The notes: generated by a model not told the origin, from the sequence alone. A DNA stretch of 64,000 bases from an uncultured Bacteroidaceae bacterium (GCA_964420035.1 CAYQQR010000018.1:5027-69026), one strand, 5' to 3'; numbered from the stretch's first letter, positions 27,570-37,988 are shown. Numbers and translations: made by a program.

Positions 27570-28982
27570 ATGATTGATCTTGAGGAGTTTCGGAAGTTCG
27601 CGCATGAGTTTGTCGATTGGATGGCAGACTATTATAACCGCATGGAAGAATTCCCGGTCAAGCCGGAAAGCCGGCCCGGCGACATTTACAAGAGCATACC
27701 GGACGCGCCCCCGGAAAAACCGGAATCCATGGACCGGATATTCAGGGACTTCCGGGAGATCATCCTCCCGGGTATGACCCACTGGCAGCATCCCCATTTT
27801 CACGCCTATTTTACCGCAAACTCCAGCTATCCTTCGGTTCTGGGTGAAATGCTCACGGCCACCCTCGCTGCACAGTGTATGATGTGGGATACCTCGCCGG
27901 CAGCGGCCGAACTGGAAGAAAAAACCATGAACTGGCTGAAAGGAATGCTGGGACTGCCTGCCGGATGGTCGGGCTCAATACAGGATACGGCCAGTACCTC
28001 CACCCTGGTTTCCTTACTCTCGGCACGTGAAAAACACACCGGCTTCAACAGCAACAAGAGCGGTCTTTACGACAACCGCGTATTGCGGGTTTATACAAGT
28101 ACCGAGGCCCATTCATCCATCGAAAAGGCGGTTAAGATCGCCGGCCTGGGCCAGGAAAACCTGGTCAGGATCCCCGTTGACGGTTCTCTGGCCATGATTC
28201 CCGAAAAACTGGAAGAGTCGATCGTAAGCAACCTGGCCAACGGCTTCATCCCCATGGCCGTGGTACTTGCCATGGGAACCACGGGTACGGTAGCCGTGGA
28301 TCCCCTTAGGCCCGTCGCGGAGATCTGCAATAAACACCAGGTCTGGCTGCACGTGGATGCAGCCTATGCCGGTTCTGCCCTGGTACTGAAAGAATACCGC
28401 TGGATGGCCGATGGTCTGGAAATGGCCGACAGTTTTGTCTTCAATCCCCACAAATGGATGTTCACCAATTTTGACCTGTCGGCATATTTCGTAAGGGATC
28501 CCGAACTGCTGGTAAAAACCTTTGAGGTCCTGCCCGAGTATTTAAAAACGAAATCCAGGGGTGTTAAAAATTACAGGGACTGGGGCATTCAGTTGGGCAG
28601 AAGGTTCCGTGCCCTGAAACTCTGGTTCGTGATCCGGGATTACGGGGTACAGGGCATACGCGACACATTCCGCAAACAGATTGACATGGCCAAAGATCTG
28701 ACAGCGTGGCTGGAAAAGCATCCTGCCTTTGAGGTTCATAAACCCCAGCATCTAAATGTGGTATGCTTCAGGCTAAAGGAAACAAAAGATCGATCCCCCG
28801 AAGAACGGAACCGTTTGAACGATGCATTCCTGCAAAAGCTAAACAAGACGGGCAAGGTATTTCTATCGCATACCAAGGTACGGGGACTGTTTACCTTAAG
28901 GGTGGTTCTCGGTCAAACCCGCATCCGGGAAAGACACGTGGAAGAATTACGGGAATTGCTGCTCGGTAATTTGGATGATTAG
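27570..28982 (+). CDS. PLP-dependent aromatic-L-amino-acid decarboxylase (group II)
   Basis: PGMTHWQHPHFHAYF, SPAAAELE, AHSSIEKA, WLHVDAAYAG, NPHKW, LGRRFRALKLW. Confidence 0.88.
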   Translation: MIDLEEFRKFAHEFVDWMADYYNRMEEFPVKPESRPGDIYKSIPDAPPEKPESMDRIFRDFREIILPGMTHWQHPHFHAYFTANSSYPSVLGEMLTATLAAQCMMWDTSPAAAELEEKTMNWLKGMLGLPAGWSGSIQDTASTSTLVSLLSAREKHTGFNSNKSGLYDNRVLRVYTSTEAHSSIEKAVKIAGLGQENLVRIPVDGSLAMIPEKLEESIVSNLANGFIPMAVVLAMGTTGTVAVDPLRPVAEICNKHQVWLHVDAAYAGSALVLKEYRWMADGLEMADSFVFNPHKWMFTNFDLSAYFVRDPELLVKTFEVLPEYLKTKSRGVKNYRDWGIQLGRRFRALKLWFVIRDYGVQGIRDTFRKQIDMAKDLTAWLEKHPAFEVHKPQHLNVVCFRLKETKDRSPEERNRLNDAFLQKLNKTGKVFLSHTKVRGLFTLRVVLGQTRIRERHVEELRELLLGNLDD

Positions 28983-31222
28983 CCCCTCCGTTCCTGTTCA
29001 ACAAGATACCTGAGATAGTCCAGCACAATGGGGATCTCCTGTTTTTCTACCCCATACTGAAGCAGGTATTTCTTGTCATTTTCAAAACCTTTCATGAATA
29101 AGGAGAAGTTTTTTTGGGCACGAACACTCTGCCGGTACAGGTCCACGGCCACTTTCCTGTGCCCTTTTACCCACTGCACGTGACCGGCATTCTGGTAGTC
29201 GTAGGCATTCGGCTTGGCTTTCAGGATCTTATTGTAATACTTCTCGGCATCATCCATTTTACCCAGCACGAAATAGCACCATGCAATGGGCCTTAGAACC
29301 CTGTCGTTGGAAGGATCCTGGTACTCGACCCGGAAATAATGTTTCAGTGCCTCATCATAGTCTTCCAGATCGAGGTAACACTGCCCTATCCTGGCTTGTA
29401 CGAATAGATCGTCCGGGTCCATTTTCTCCAGTTCCTCGTAATATTTGACGGCTTCACCAGGCTGCTGCAACTTCCTGTAACAGTAGGCAATTTTTCGGAG
29501 TACCCACGGACTTCTTTTATCGAAGAGATCGGCCATCTTGTAATATTCAAGGGCCTTGCGATAATTTCCCAGTTGCTGGCAGCAAAAAGCGATCTTTTCA
29601 ATGATCTCATAACTCCGTTCCTGGTGTTCATCCAGGTGGAGATACAGGTCCAAAGCATCTTCAAAATGGTTCTTACTGAAGAGGTATTCCGCGATCTTTC
29701 TCTGGATACCCGGGTTTACGATCAATGTCTTGAAGAAATAAGCATCGTAAATAGCCAGGCGGCCCACGAAAATATCCGGGAACTCCTGCCTGAAGGGAAA
29801 GAGTTTCATGAAGCGGTACAGATCCTGGATATACTGCACATAGATAAAACGGGAAGGTTCCGTGGGTTTGACGATCTCATCCTCGTTCATTTGTTCCTTC
29901 AGCGCATCCATCTCTGCTTTGAACAGCTGTACGAGCATTTTTTTCTGTTGTGAAGGAATATGCTTGACATTCAATACAAAGGAATACTTGTCCGAATTAT
30001 TTAAGAATGGCAGCCGGAACAGACCGTCGACCAGGGTGGATACTGAAGTTTCATCTTCAAGGCTTTCAAGGGAATGTTCCACTTCCGTATTCTCTGGATA
30101 AAAAGGCAGAAACCAGTGCATCATGTCGTTGAAGAACTCAAAATTTTTCAGCTGGGCAAAAGTAGACATGAACACGTCGGCCCCTTCCATCTGCAATTTA
30201 CTGAACTCCTCGACCTTTTCATACAGCGATTCAGAGTCCTCAAAAATATCCTCCCAATCCGGGTTCTTTTCCTCGGAACCTTCATCCTTGACCAGGTTCT
30301 TCAGATCAAGCTTATCTTCTAATTTGGGGCCCAGTTTTGCCATTTCAGGGATGATTTCGTCGCGCAGCTTCCTGGATATCTGCTCCGTATCCTTCGAGCG
30401 GATGATCTGGAGCAGTATATGTTCAATATGTTCCTGTATCTCCCTATCGTCTCCCATCAATTTGATCCTGTCGGTGAGTTCCTTATAGAATGCAATGCGA
30501 TTGTCGTAAAAATAAAAGTTGATGATCAGACCGACCAGTGCCCTTTCGGAAACCTGCCGTTCCCGGGCTTCAAAAAAAGCAAAAAGACGGTGCATTTTCT
30601 CTTCATCAAAGAAATGCAGTAAGGAAAGGCTTAGCGCACTCACCAATACCGAACGTTCGGGCCAGGTAAATTCACCGGAATCCAGGATTTCCTTCAGCAA
30701 TTCCTTATCCGCCTCGGTCATTTTTTCCATCAGCCAGATATGGATGAAAAAGGTCCTGACCAAATCCTTGCGGCCCGGTTTTTCTGCAGTACCGTCTTTT
30801 CCCGCGGCAGAAGCCTTTTTTATGTAGCGTTCATAGAGGGGTGCAAAAAACAGCTCTTCCAGTTTTTCCGGCCGGTTGTTACCCGTGGCGGCCTGTTTCC
30901 CGCGATGTTCTGCACGCAATCGAAAGGTCTGCCATCCTGAAAATTTCTCCATCAACTCCACCCTTGCCTCATCCGCCACCTCAAGGATGGAGATCATGAG
31001 TCTGTCGTAGACTCTTCCCCTTTCCGGGTCATCGGCCCCTTCAATGGTATATTTCAGTATGTTCCTGTAAGTGTTCTCGAGTTGGTACAGGTCGTCCACC
31101 AGGTTCCCGCTCTGGGTCTCCTTTACCAGTTCCGCAAGGACGATCAGTGCATCCTTCACATTCTTCTGTCCTACCGAGTCGCATACCGCCCCGTATTGCT
31201 TCTGTATCTTCTCCGGTGTCAT
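28979..31222 (-). CDS. Tetratricopeptide-repeat protein
   Basis: C-terminal TPR array (KIAFCCQQLGNY, KIAYCYRKL, IGQCYLDL); MEGADVFMSTF..WFLPFY..NSDKYSF motifs. Confidence 0.8.
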   Translation of the reverse strand: MTPEKIQKQYGAVCDSVGQKNVKDALIVLAELVKETQSGNLVDDLYQLENTYRNILKYTIEGADDPERGRVYDRLMISILEVADEARVELMEKFSGWQTFRLRAEHRGKQAATGNNRPEKLEELFFAPLYERYIKKASAAGKDGTAEKPGRKDLVRTFFIHIWLMEKMTEADKELLKEILDSGEFTWPERSVLVSALSLSLLHFFDEEKMHRLFAFFEARERQVSERALVGLIINFYFYDNRIAFYKELTDRIKLMGDDREIQEHIEHILLQIIRSKDTEQISRKLRDEIIPEMAKLGPKLEDKLDLKNLVKDEGSEEKNPDWEDIFEDSESLYEKVEEFSKLQMEGADVFMSTFAQLKNFEFFNDMMHWFLPFYPENTEVEHSLESLEDETSVSTLVDGLFRLPFLNNSDKYSFVLNVKHIPSQQKKMLVQLFKAEMDALKEQMNEDEIVKPTEPSRFIYVQYIQDLYRFMKLFPFRQEFPDIFVGRLAIYDAYFFKTLIVNPGIQRKIAEYLFSKNHFEDALDLYLHLDEHQERSYEIIEKIAFCCQQLGNYRKALEYYKMADLFDKRSPWVLRKIAYCYRKLQQPGEAVKYYEELEKMDPDDLFVQARIGQCYLDLEDYDEALKHYFRVEYQDPSNDRVLRPIAWCYFVLGKMDDAEKYYNKILKAKPNAYDYQNAGHVQWVKGHRKVAVDLYRQSVRAQKNFSLFMKGFENDKKYLLQYGVEKQEIPIVLDYLRYLVEQERRG

Positions 31223-31428
31223 CTTTTCCTTTTCTCCATAGGGTCAAATACCATTCCATTTGGGAATTTGCGACTAATTGTCAGTCAGGTTAGGATGCAG
31301 GCTTTCCGTTTAGAAGGCATATTCAATCCCCGGCCATGGCAAATTGAATTGAGGAAAGGCTCTCTTTGTGGAGGTGTGGAGGTGTGGGGGTGTGGATATA
31401 TATAACCTGGAACTTGGAATTCAGGAAT

Positions 31429-33201
31429 TCAGGAACTCAGGAACTTAACAAGGCCTTTGGCCTTGATGATTTCCTGGAGTTTTTCGGGCAGGGGGGCGAA
31501 GGAAAAGTCATTACCTCCCACTTTAAAATTACCCCCGGCCAGGTCGATCGAAACCTCCATACCTCTTTGATAAGCTTCAACTGCTCGCGGGAGAACGATC
31601 AGGGGAAGTCCCTGGTTGATGGAGGAGCGGAAGAATATCCGGTTCACCGATTTGGCCACGACGGCTTTGACCCTGGTGTGGGCCAGACCCACTGCAGGAT
31701 GCTCCCTGGAGCTGCCGCAACCGAAATTATCCCCTGCCATGATGATATCCCCGGCTTCAACCAATTTATGAAACTCCGGATCGAAGTCCTCGAAAAGATG
31801 CGGAACAATAGCCTCCGCGTCCGAACTTTTAATCTCATAGGTCAGTTTACCCGAAAACATCAGGTCGGTATTCAGATTATCCACTTCGGAGTAGTCCCAT
31901 ACCCTGCCCGACTTCCGCACTTCACCCTCCGGAATGGTAAGAATCCCGGATTGTTTTACGGAAAAGGGAAAAATTTCATTCCCCGGTTCGGGTCGCGGAT
32001 CGCTTATCTTCCCGGTCAGGGCGCTTTGAGCCACAACAGCCGGCGAGGCAAGATAGATAGAAGCATTTTTGTTGCCCATCCTTCCCAGGAAATTACGGTT
32101 TGCCGTTGAGATTACATTGAAACCGTCTGCGGGGATCCCCTGTCCGGTGCCCAGGCAGGGACCACAGGATGAACCCAGTATGGTGGCCCCGGCTTTCACA
32201 AGCTCCTGTATCAGTCCCTCCTCCATGGCCTGCAGGTATATTTCCCGCGATGCCGGGGCAACAAGCAGCTGAAAACCGCGGTGAAGCTTTTTTCCCTTTA
32301 AAATTCCGGCCACCTGCCGGATATCTTCTATCCGCCCGTTGGTGCACGTACCCACTAATCCCTGCTGCACCGGGGTACCGGCCACTTCTGCCAGGGCCTT
32401 TACATGATCCACGTGATGCGGGGCGGCTACCAGGGAGAAGATACCGGACATATCAATCTCTATCTCATCAACATAAGAGGCGTCCGGGTCGGCCCAAACC
32501 CCTTCAACAGGCTTTCCGTAGAAATCCTGAAGTACCTCGTCGGCGGGGAAAACCGCGTTTTTGGCGCCCATCTCGGAAGCCAGGTTGGCCAGGGTCATGC
32601 GTTCGGATATTCCCAGCTCCCTGATGCCGGGACCATGATATTCTATGGAAAAATAATTCGCCCCGGCAGAACCGATCATACCGATGATCCACAGGGAAAG
32701 ATCCTTGGCATAAACACCCTCCGGAAGTTCCCCCTTGAGGATAATCTTCAGGCTTTCCGGTACCCGGAACCAGGTCTCGCCTCTTCTCCAGATCCCCGCG
32801 GTTTCTGTCCGGTCGATACCGGCCGCCAGGGTATTGAATGCTCCTGCAGTACAGGTATGACTGTCGCTGCCCACGATGACCATTCCCGGTTGTGCGTGAT
32901 GGGACATGATCTGGTGGCATATGCCCCGTCCGGCATCATAGAACTTTTCAATGCCCTGTTCCCGTACAAACTCGCGGACCGCCTGATAGTCGGTGGCCAA
33001 CCTGGCATTAGTCGGAGGTGCATTATGATCCAGAACGATGAGCAGTTGTCCGGGATCAAATACTTGCTGCCCCTTCATCTTGAAGAAGGTATTCTTAATA
33101 CTTGCCGAATTGTCATGGGACAAAACAATGTCGGGTTTACGAAAAACAATACTGCCTGGCCCGGCACCCAATATTTTTTCAACAAAAGTTCTTGCCTTCA
33201 T
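31429..33201 (-). CDS. Fused large+small subunit aconitase-family hydro-lyase (LeuCD/homoaconitase-like), canonical motifs
   Basis: DHNAP, GICHQ, DSHT, GTCTNGR, CGPC, NRNFLGRMG, then swivel domain NLNTD..NFGCGSSREH. Confidence 0.88.
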   Translation of the reverse strand: MKARTFVEKILGAGPGSIVFRKPDIVLSHDNSASIKNTFFKMKGQQVFDPGQLLIVLDHNAPPTNARLATDYQAVREFVREQGIEKFYDAGRGICHQIMSHHAQPGMVIVGSDSHTCTAGAFNTLAAGIDRTETAGIWRRGETWFRVPESLKIILKGELPEGVYAKDLSLWIIGMIGSAGANYFSIEYHGPGIRELGISERMTLANLASEMGAKNAVFPADEVLQDFYGKPVEGVWADPDASYVDEIEIDMSGIFSLVAAPHHVDHVKALAEVAGTPVQQGLVGTCTNGRIEDIRQVAGILKGKKLHRGFQLLVAPASREIYLQAMEEGLIQELVKAGATILGSSCGPCLGTGQGIPADGFNVISTANRNFLGRMGNKNASIYLASPAVVAQSALTGKISDPRPEPGNEIFPFSVKQSGILTIPEGEVRKSGRVWDYSEVDNLNTDLMFSGKLTYEIKSSDAEAIVPHLFEDFDPEFHKLVEAGDIIMAGDNFGCGSSREHPAVGLAHTRVKAVVAKSVNRIFFRSSINQGLPLIVLPRAVEAYQRGMEVSIDLAGGNFKVGGNDFSFAPLPEKLQEIIKAKGLVKFLSS

Positions 33202-33224
33202 ACTTCTTACTTCTTACTAAATTC

Positions 33225-35039
33225 TCAAAACACCCCCCCATTCTGATAGATATCCATCTGCACCTCCGGGAATGGGACGGCCTTGACCGCGGTGTTTTTA
33301 TCCGGATTTGTAATCTCCCCTGTTTTCAAGTTTACTGATACTTTATCATGATCCGTGATTTCAAGCTTCCCGATATCCTTACAGACCATTATAGGAAAGG
33401 CAGCATTGACGGCATTACGCTCATAAATGGCACCGAAAGATTCGGCAACGATACACTGGATACCGAGTGCCTTAAAGCAATCGACTGCCTGCTGGCGTGA
33501 GCTACCCGATCCGAAATTCTTTCCTGTAAAAACAATATCCCCCGGCCTGGATTCAGAGGCAAAATCCCCATAACCCTCCAGGTTATCAAAAGTATACTGT
33601 CCCATCTCCTGCATGTCGGTTATGGAAAGATAGCGGTTATGATAGATCATGTCCGTATCGACATTATCCCGCTGAATGTACCAGGACCGGCCTTTCAATA
33701 TTACGGGTTTATCCTTGCCGCTTTTCGCCTTTTTCTTTTCCTTTTCCGGGGTCTCCCTGATCCCGGGTTCGGCGTATACATCTTCGACCTCATCAGGAAT
33801 GTCCGATTCCCGGACGATATACCCGGCAACCGCCGAAGCGGCGACGGTAGCCGGCGACGCCAGGTACACCTCTCCCTTACCCTGTTTGCCGGGAAAGTTC
33901 CTGTTCCCCGTGCTTACCGTTACTTCCCCCGGACCGTTCTGTCCCACCTGTCCTGCCGCACAGCCGGCACAGCCGGCATTTGACACCAGGGCTCCCGCTT
34001 CCTTAAAAATTTCCATGATGCCTTCTTCCAGGCATTGGTGCCAGACCTTGTCGGTAGCCGGGACGATCTTCAGGACCACTCCCGGCGCTACATTCCTGTT
34101 CTTAAGGACAGCAGCCACTTTTCGCATGTCTTCGATCCTGCCGTTGGTGCAGCTCCCGATGAAAGCCGAATCGATCTTTATCTTATCGAGTTTTGCCAGG
34201 GCAACGGTATCATGGGGTTTACCGGGACGGGAAACTAGGGGTTCAAATTCAGAAGCATCCAGCGTGACAATATCTGCATAGCGGGCATCCGGATCCGCTT
34301 CTATCCGGTCGAGTTTCCTTCCGGTACGCGATTCACAGTAGCGCATCACTTCACGATTTGGCCGGAAAAGCAGGATGATCGCCCCCATTTCCGTGGCCAT
34401 GGAAGCAATGGTTACCCGCTGATCCAGGGTGAGATCCTCAACCAGCTCCCCATAGATCTCGGCGGCACAGCCCAAAAGTCCGTTGGCGCCAAAATGTCCC
34501 AGCATGTTCAACACGATATCTTTGGCAGAAAGTTTAGTTTTTGGTTTCCCTTCCAGGATGATCTTAATGGTTTCCGGAACCTTGAACCAGGTCTTGCCGT
34601 AGGCCCAGACCGCCGCGATATCCTTATCGCCCATCCCCTGGCCGAAGGCCCCGATGGCACCGAGGATATTTGCATGCGAATCGGTTGATACGGCTGTCGC
34701 CCCGGGATAAACCAGTCCGTTCTCAATCATCAGGTGGGTTCCGATACCGGCATTGATATCATAGACCTTTATCCCGTAGTCGCGTGCAAACTGCCGGCAG
34801 ATATGCTGATTCACCGCGTATTTCTGATCCGAACCCGTGGGATTGCAATCAAATGTGAAGAAGGTTTTGCCGCGATCATCAATCCCCAGATTGTTTTCCC
34901 GGATGTTCTTCACGACATTCGCTCCCCCGAAATCACGGGCGACCCGGGCGTCGATTGTAATATCCGCAATATCCCCGGGTTTTACCCGGCTAAGGGCGCT
35001 GTGACGACTGATGATCTTTTCAATGATGGTATGGGCCAT
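33225..35039 (-). CDS. Second fused LeuCD/homoaconitase-like protein with divergent active-site motifs
   Basis: DCNP, GTHL, DSHA, GSCTNGR, CAGC, NRNFPGKQG, swivel NVDTD..NFGSGSSRQQ. Start MAHTIIEKII. Confidence 0.85.
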   Translation of the reverse strand: MAHTIIEKIISRHSALSRVKPGDIADITIDARVARDFGGANVVKNIRENNLGIDDRGKTFFTFDCNPTGSDQKYAVNQHICRQFARDYGIKVYDINAGIGTHLMIENGLVYPGATAVSTDSHANILGAIGAFGQGMGDKDIAAVWAYGKTWFKVPETIKIILEGKPKTKLSAKDIVLNMLGHFGANGLLGCAAEIYGELVEDLTLDQRVTIASMATEMGAIILLFRPNREVMRYCESRTGRKLDRIEADPDARYADIVTLDASEFEPLVSRPGKPHDTVALAKLDKIKIDSAFIGSCTNGRIEDMRKVAAVLKNRNVAPGVVLKIVPATDKVWHQCLEEGIMEIFKEAGALVSNAGCAGCAAGQVGQNGPGEVTVSTGNRNFPGKQGKGEVYLASPATVAASAVAGYIVRESDIPDEVEDVYAEPGIRETPEKEKKKAKSGKDKPVILKGRSWYIQRDNVDTDMIYHNRYLSITDMQEMGQYTFDNLEGYGDFASESRPGDIVFTGKNFGSGSSRQQAVDCFKALGIQCIVAESFGAIYERNAVNAAFPIMVCKDIGKLEITDHDKVSVNLKTGEITNPDKNTAVKAVPFPEVQMDIYQNGGVF

Positions 35040-35144
35040 AAACGCAATTTTTATTCTCAACAAACACAAAATTAGTCGGTTATGGCTTTAAAAACTGTCT
35101 AAATAGACTTTTAACGACCTATTTAACAACATGTTTTTATGGAC

Positions 35145-36320
35145 CTACCGTTTCAGGGAAACCAGATACAGAGCAGACAGAAAGGAGCCAAAAACAAGGA
35201 AAAAGATTCCTCCGGTAAGCAGCGCTGCTGAAAGACTCGCATTATCGGTAAGCCAGCCCAGGGCCGGACCGACAATTACAAAATTCAGCCTGATGATAAA
35301 ATTCCGTATGGACAATACGGTCGCGCGTGTTTGTGATTCCGTGATCTGCTGGATATAGTCCTTCAGTACCGGTGTAGCGAAACCGCGAACCAGGTAAAAA
35401 ACGAATAAAAATACTATAGCCCAGAGCGCCTGGACACTCCCGACAAGGAAATAGCCGGCGGGTATGAGCAGGGTAATGAGGATCACGGAACGAACCTGTC
35501 CCAGCCTGTGTTCTAACCTGTAGGCGAAAATGGCTGCAATACCTACAGTCAGGTTCAGGAGAGTCCACATCAAGCCAAACAAGGTCAGGGGTAGTTCAAC
35601 CGCTTCAAAATAACGCTGGACAAACCAGGCCATGGTAAGGGTCGCGCAACCGATAAGAGAGGAAAAGAGGATATTGCGCTGAAGGTCCCGGTTGACAAAC
35701 AGGGCATGGTGGAAGATGCGGAAGAATTTTTGAAAGCTCCTGCTCACCAAGGCTTTGTGACTGTACGGTTCAACAAGCAGAAGGGCTGCAGGAAGGGCCA
35801 TGAAAGCCACACCTGTTTGAAAATAGTAATTGGCCCGCAGGCTGATGGTTATGATCACACCGGCCAGGACCCCTGCACTGGCTTCAGCAACATTCCCCAG
35901 GGAAACCATTCTCCCCTCGTATTTCATATATTGCCTCTCCTTTTTCATATCAGCCAGGGTATCATAAAGCATAGCAGAATCAGAACCGGAAATAAAACTT
36001 TGTCCCAGGCCCAGAATGATTTCCGCGACCAGGAATTCATAAAAACCATAGGATTGGGTATAGATGACAAATCCTGCCAGGGCCAGCAGACTGCCCAGGG
36101 TTATTGAATTCTTTCTTCCCCACAGATCAGCCACATAGCCGGAAGGCATTTCAAAGACCACGATGGCGAGGGAATAAATGGCCTGGAGGATCATGATCTT
36201 GTGCATACTCAGGCCATTGCTCTCATAGAAGGGCACAATGTAGGGCATAAACAGCATGAACCACTTGGATATCTTGATCAGATATAATTTGGGAATATTA
36301 TTGGGAATTTTTCTGTTCAT
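35145..36320 (-). CDS. MFS transporter
   Basis: ~12 hydrophobic helices; EMPSGYVADLWGRK, SGSDSAMLYDTL, RATVLS. Confidence 0.88.
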   Translation of the reverse strand: MNRKIPNNIPKLYLIKISKWFMLFMPYIVPFYESNGLSMHKIMILQAIYSLAIVVFEMPSGYVADLWGRKNSITLGSLLALAGFVIYTQSYGFYEFLVAEIILGLGQSFISGSDSAMLYDTLADMKKERQYMKYEGRMVSLGNVAEASAGVLAGVIITISLRANYYFQTGVAFMALPAALLLVEPYSHKALVSRSFQKFFRIFHHALFVNRDLQRNILFSSLIGCATLTMAWFVQRYFEAVELPLTLFGLMWTLLNLTVGIAAIFAYRLEHRLGQVRSVILITLLIPAGYFLVGSVQALWAIVFLFVFYLVRGFATPVLKDYIQQITESQTRATVLSIRNFIIRLNFVIVGPALGWLTDNASLSAALLTGGIFFLVFGSFLSALYLVSLKR

Positions 36321-37123
36321 GCAGTTCTTGACTTATCTTTCACGGGGCCCGACCTGTTTTCTTCCGCTTCTATGGTAAGTTGATCATAGGCAAGCGATGC
36401 ATGCCCGGGCAGTTCCTTGTTGACCCTGTCATGTTTGCCCATCTGATGACTGATATGGGTAAAGAAAGTGTGCCTGGGTTTGAGTTCTTCCGACAGGCGC
36501 AGGGCTTCTTCCAGGTTGAAATGAGAAATATGCTTTTTCTTCCTCAACGCATTGAGGACCAGATATTCTGTTCCCCGTATCTTTTCTTTCTCTTCCTCCG
36601 GTACATGGTTGGCATCTGTTATGTAGGTGAAATTCCCGATTAGGTAGCCCAGGACCGGTAGTTTCAGGTGGAAGGCCCTGATGGGTTGTATCCGGACACC
36701 GTCGATCATAAAAGTTTCCTTATCGATGATGTGATAATTCATCCGGGGTATACCCGGATATTGTTTTTCTGCAAAGACATACGGGAACTCCTGCCGGAGG
36801 GCCAGGTAAACCCTTTCTTCCCCGTAGGTTTCCATGGGTTTTTGCATGATGTAGTTAAAGGCCCGGATATCGTCCATTCCTGCTATATGGTCGCGGTGCT
36901 CATGGGTATATAAAATAGCATCCAGGCGACGTGCGCCGGCCCGAAGCATCTGTTGCCTGAAGTCGGGTCCGGTGTCGATCACGATACTTTTCCCACCGGT
37001 CCGTATCCATACCGATGAACGGAGTCGTTTATCGCGGGGATCTTCCGACTTGCAGACTTCACAATCGCACCCGATAATGGGGACACCCTGGCTTGTTCCG
37101 GTGCCGAGGAAAGTAATTTTCAT
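36317..37123 (-). CDS. Metallo-beta-lactamase-fold phosphodiesterase (PhnP-like)
   Basis: LGTGTSQGVP..C.C..C, IDTGPDFRQQ, THEHRDH, THISH. Confidence 0.9.
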   Translation of the reverse strand: MKITFLGTGTSQGVPIIGCDCEVCKSEDPRDKRLRSSVWIRTGGKSIVIDTGPDFRQQMLRAGARRLDAILYTHEHRDHIAGMDDIRAFNYIMQKPMETYGEERVYLALRQEFPYVFAEKQYPGIPRMNYHIIDKETFMIDGVRIQPIRAFHLKLPVLGYLIGNFTYITDANHVPEEEKEKIRGTEYLVLNALRKKKHISHFNLEEALRLSEELKPRHTFFTHISHQMGKHDRVNKELPGHASLAYDQLTIEAEENRSGPVKDKSRTA

Positions 37124-37159
37124 GGAATCTCCGATGAAAAGACAAAATTAGTAAACTTT

Positions 37160-37209
37160 GATTACGGATTACGGATTACGGATTACGGATTAATCCGCAA
37201 TCCGCAATA
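37160..37209. repeat. Inverted junction of heptamer arrays (ACGGATT)n / (AATCCGC)n
   Basis: gattacggattacggattacggattacggatt|aatccgcaatccgcaat. Confidence 0.85.
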
Positions 37210-37275
37210 ATTAAAACATGTTTTTTTCATACAATCATATTTTCTTTAAGTTTAAGCTTTCTTAATCATCAGATA

Positions 37276-37983
37276 ATGTCAGGTAATTTAGTACTTATAC
37301 CCACCAGTCTGGGGGATACGGACACCCAGCGTTTTCTGCCCAGGGAAGTCAGCAAGCGGCTGGAAGAAATCAGATTTTTTGTGGTGGAACAGGAAAGAAC
37401 GGCACGCAGGTTCCTGAAAAAGGTCAACGATGCCATCAATATCGATGCACTTACTTTCAATATTTTGAACAAACATACGGCCCGGGAGATGGTTCGCACT
37501 TACCTGAAGCCCTGTATCAACGGAGAAGACGTAGGGCTCATGTCCGAATCCGGTTTGCCGGCTGTTGCCGATCCCGGGGCCGAATTGGTGCGTGCTGCTC
37601 ACCAGATGGATCTCCGTGTGGTTCCCCTGGTGGGCCCTTCATCTATTTTCCTTGCTTTGATGAGTTCGGGGCTGAACGGTCAGAATTTTGCATTTTCGGG
37701 TTATCTGCCCAGACCGCGTAATGAGCGTATCCGGGCCATACGACGGCTGGAAAAACGGTCGGTGCAGGAACGCCAGACCCAAATCTTCATGGAAACACCC
37801 TACCGGAACAACCAGCTTCTTTCCAATATCCTGGAGATATGCCATCCCAGAACCCTTTTATGTATTGCTGCGGATATAACCCTGGAGCAGGAATTCATTA
37901 AGACCCGCACCATCGAGGATTGGAAAAAAGAAAAGCCGGACCTGAACAAGCGCCCGGCCATTTTCCTGTTGTATACGGATTGA
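37276..37983 (+). CDS. RsmI-like tetrapyrrole-methylase family SAM methyltransferase
   Basis: LIPTSLG, SESGLPAVADPG, VVPLVGPSS, FMETPYRN. Confidence 0.85.
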   Translation: MSGNLVLIPTSLGDTDTQRFLPREVSKRLEEIRFFVVEQERTARRFLKKVNDAINIDALTFNILNKHTAREMVRTYLKPCINGEDVGLMSESGLPAVADPGAELVRAAHQMDLRVVPLVGPSSIFLALMSSGLNGQNFAFSGYLPRPRNERIRAIRRLEKRSVQERQTQIFMETPYRNNQLLSNILEICHPRTLLCIAADITLEQEFIKTRTIEDWKKEKPDLNKRPAIFLLYTD

Positions 37984-37988
37984 GTTTC

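Noticed and set aside
27440-27570. tRNA-Arg as integration site of a genomic island
   Set aside because: No integrase, no duplicated tRNA 3' end seen and no compositional shift downstream.
35096-35125. TAAATAG-N12-CTATTTA inverted repeat as an operator of the aconitase-like pair
   Set aside because: Short AT-rich arms in AT-rich DNA could easily arise by chance.
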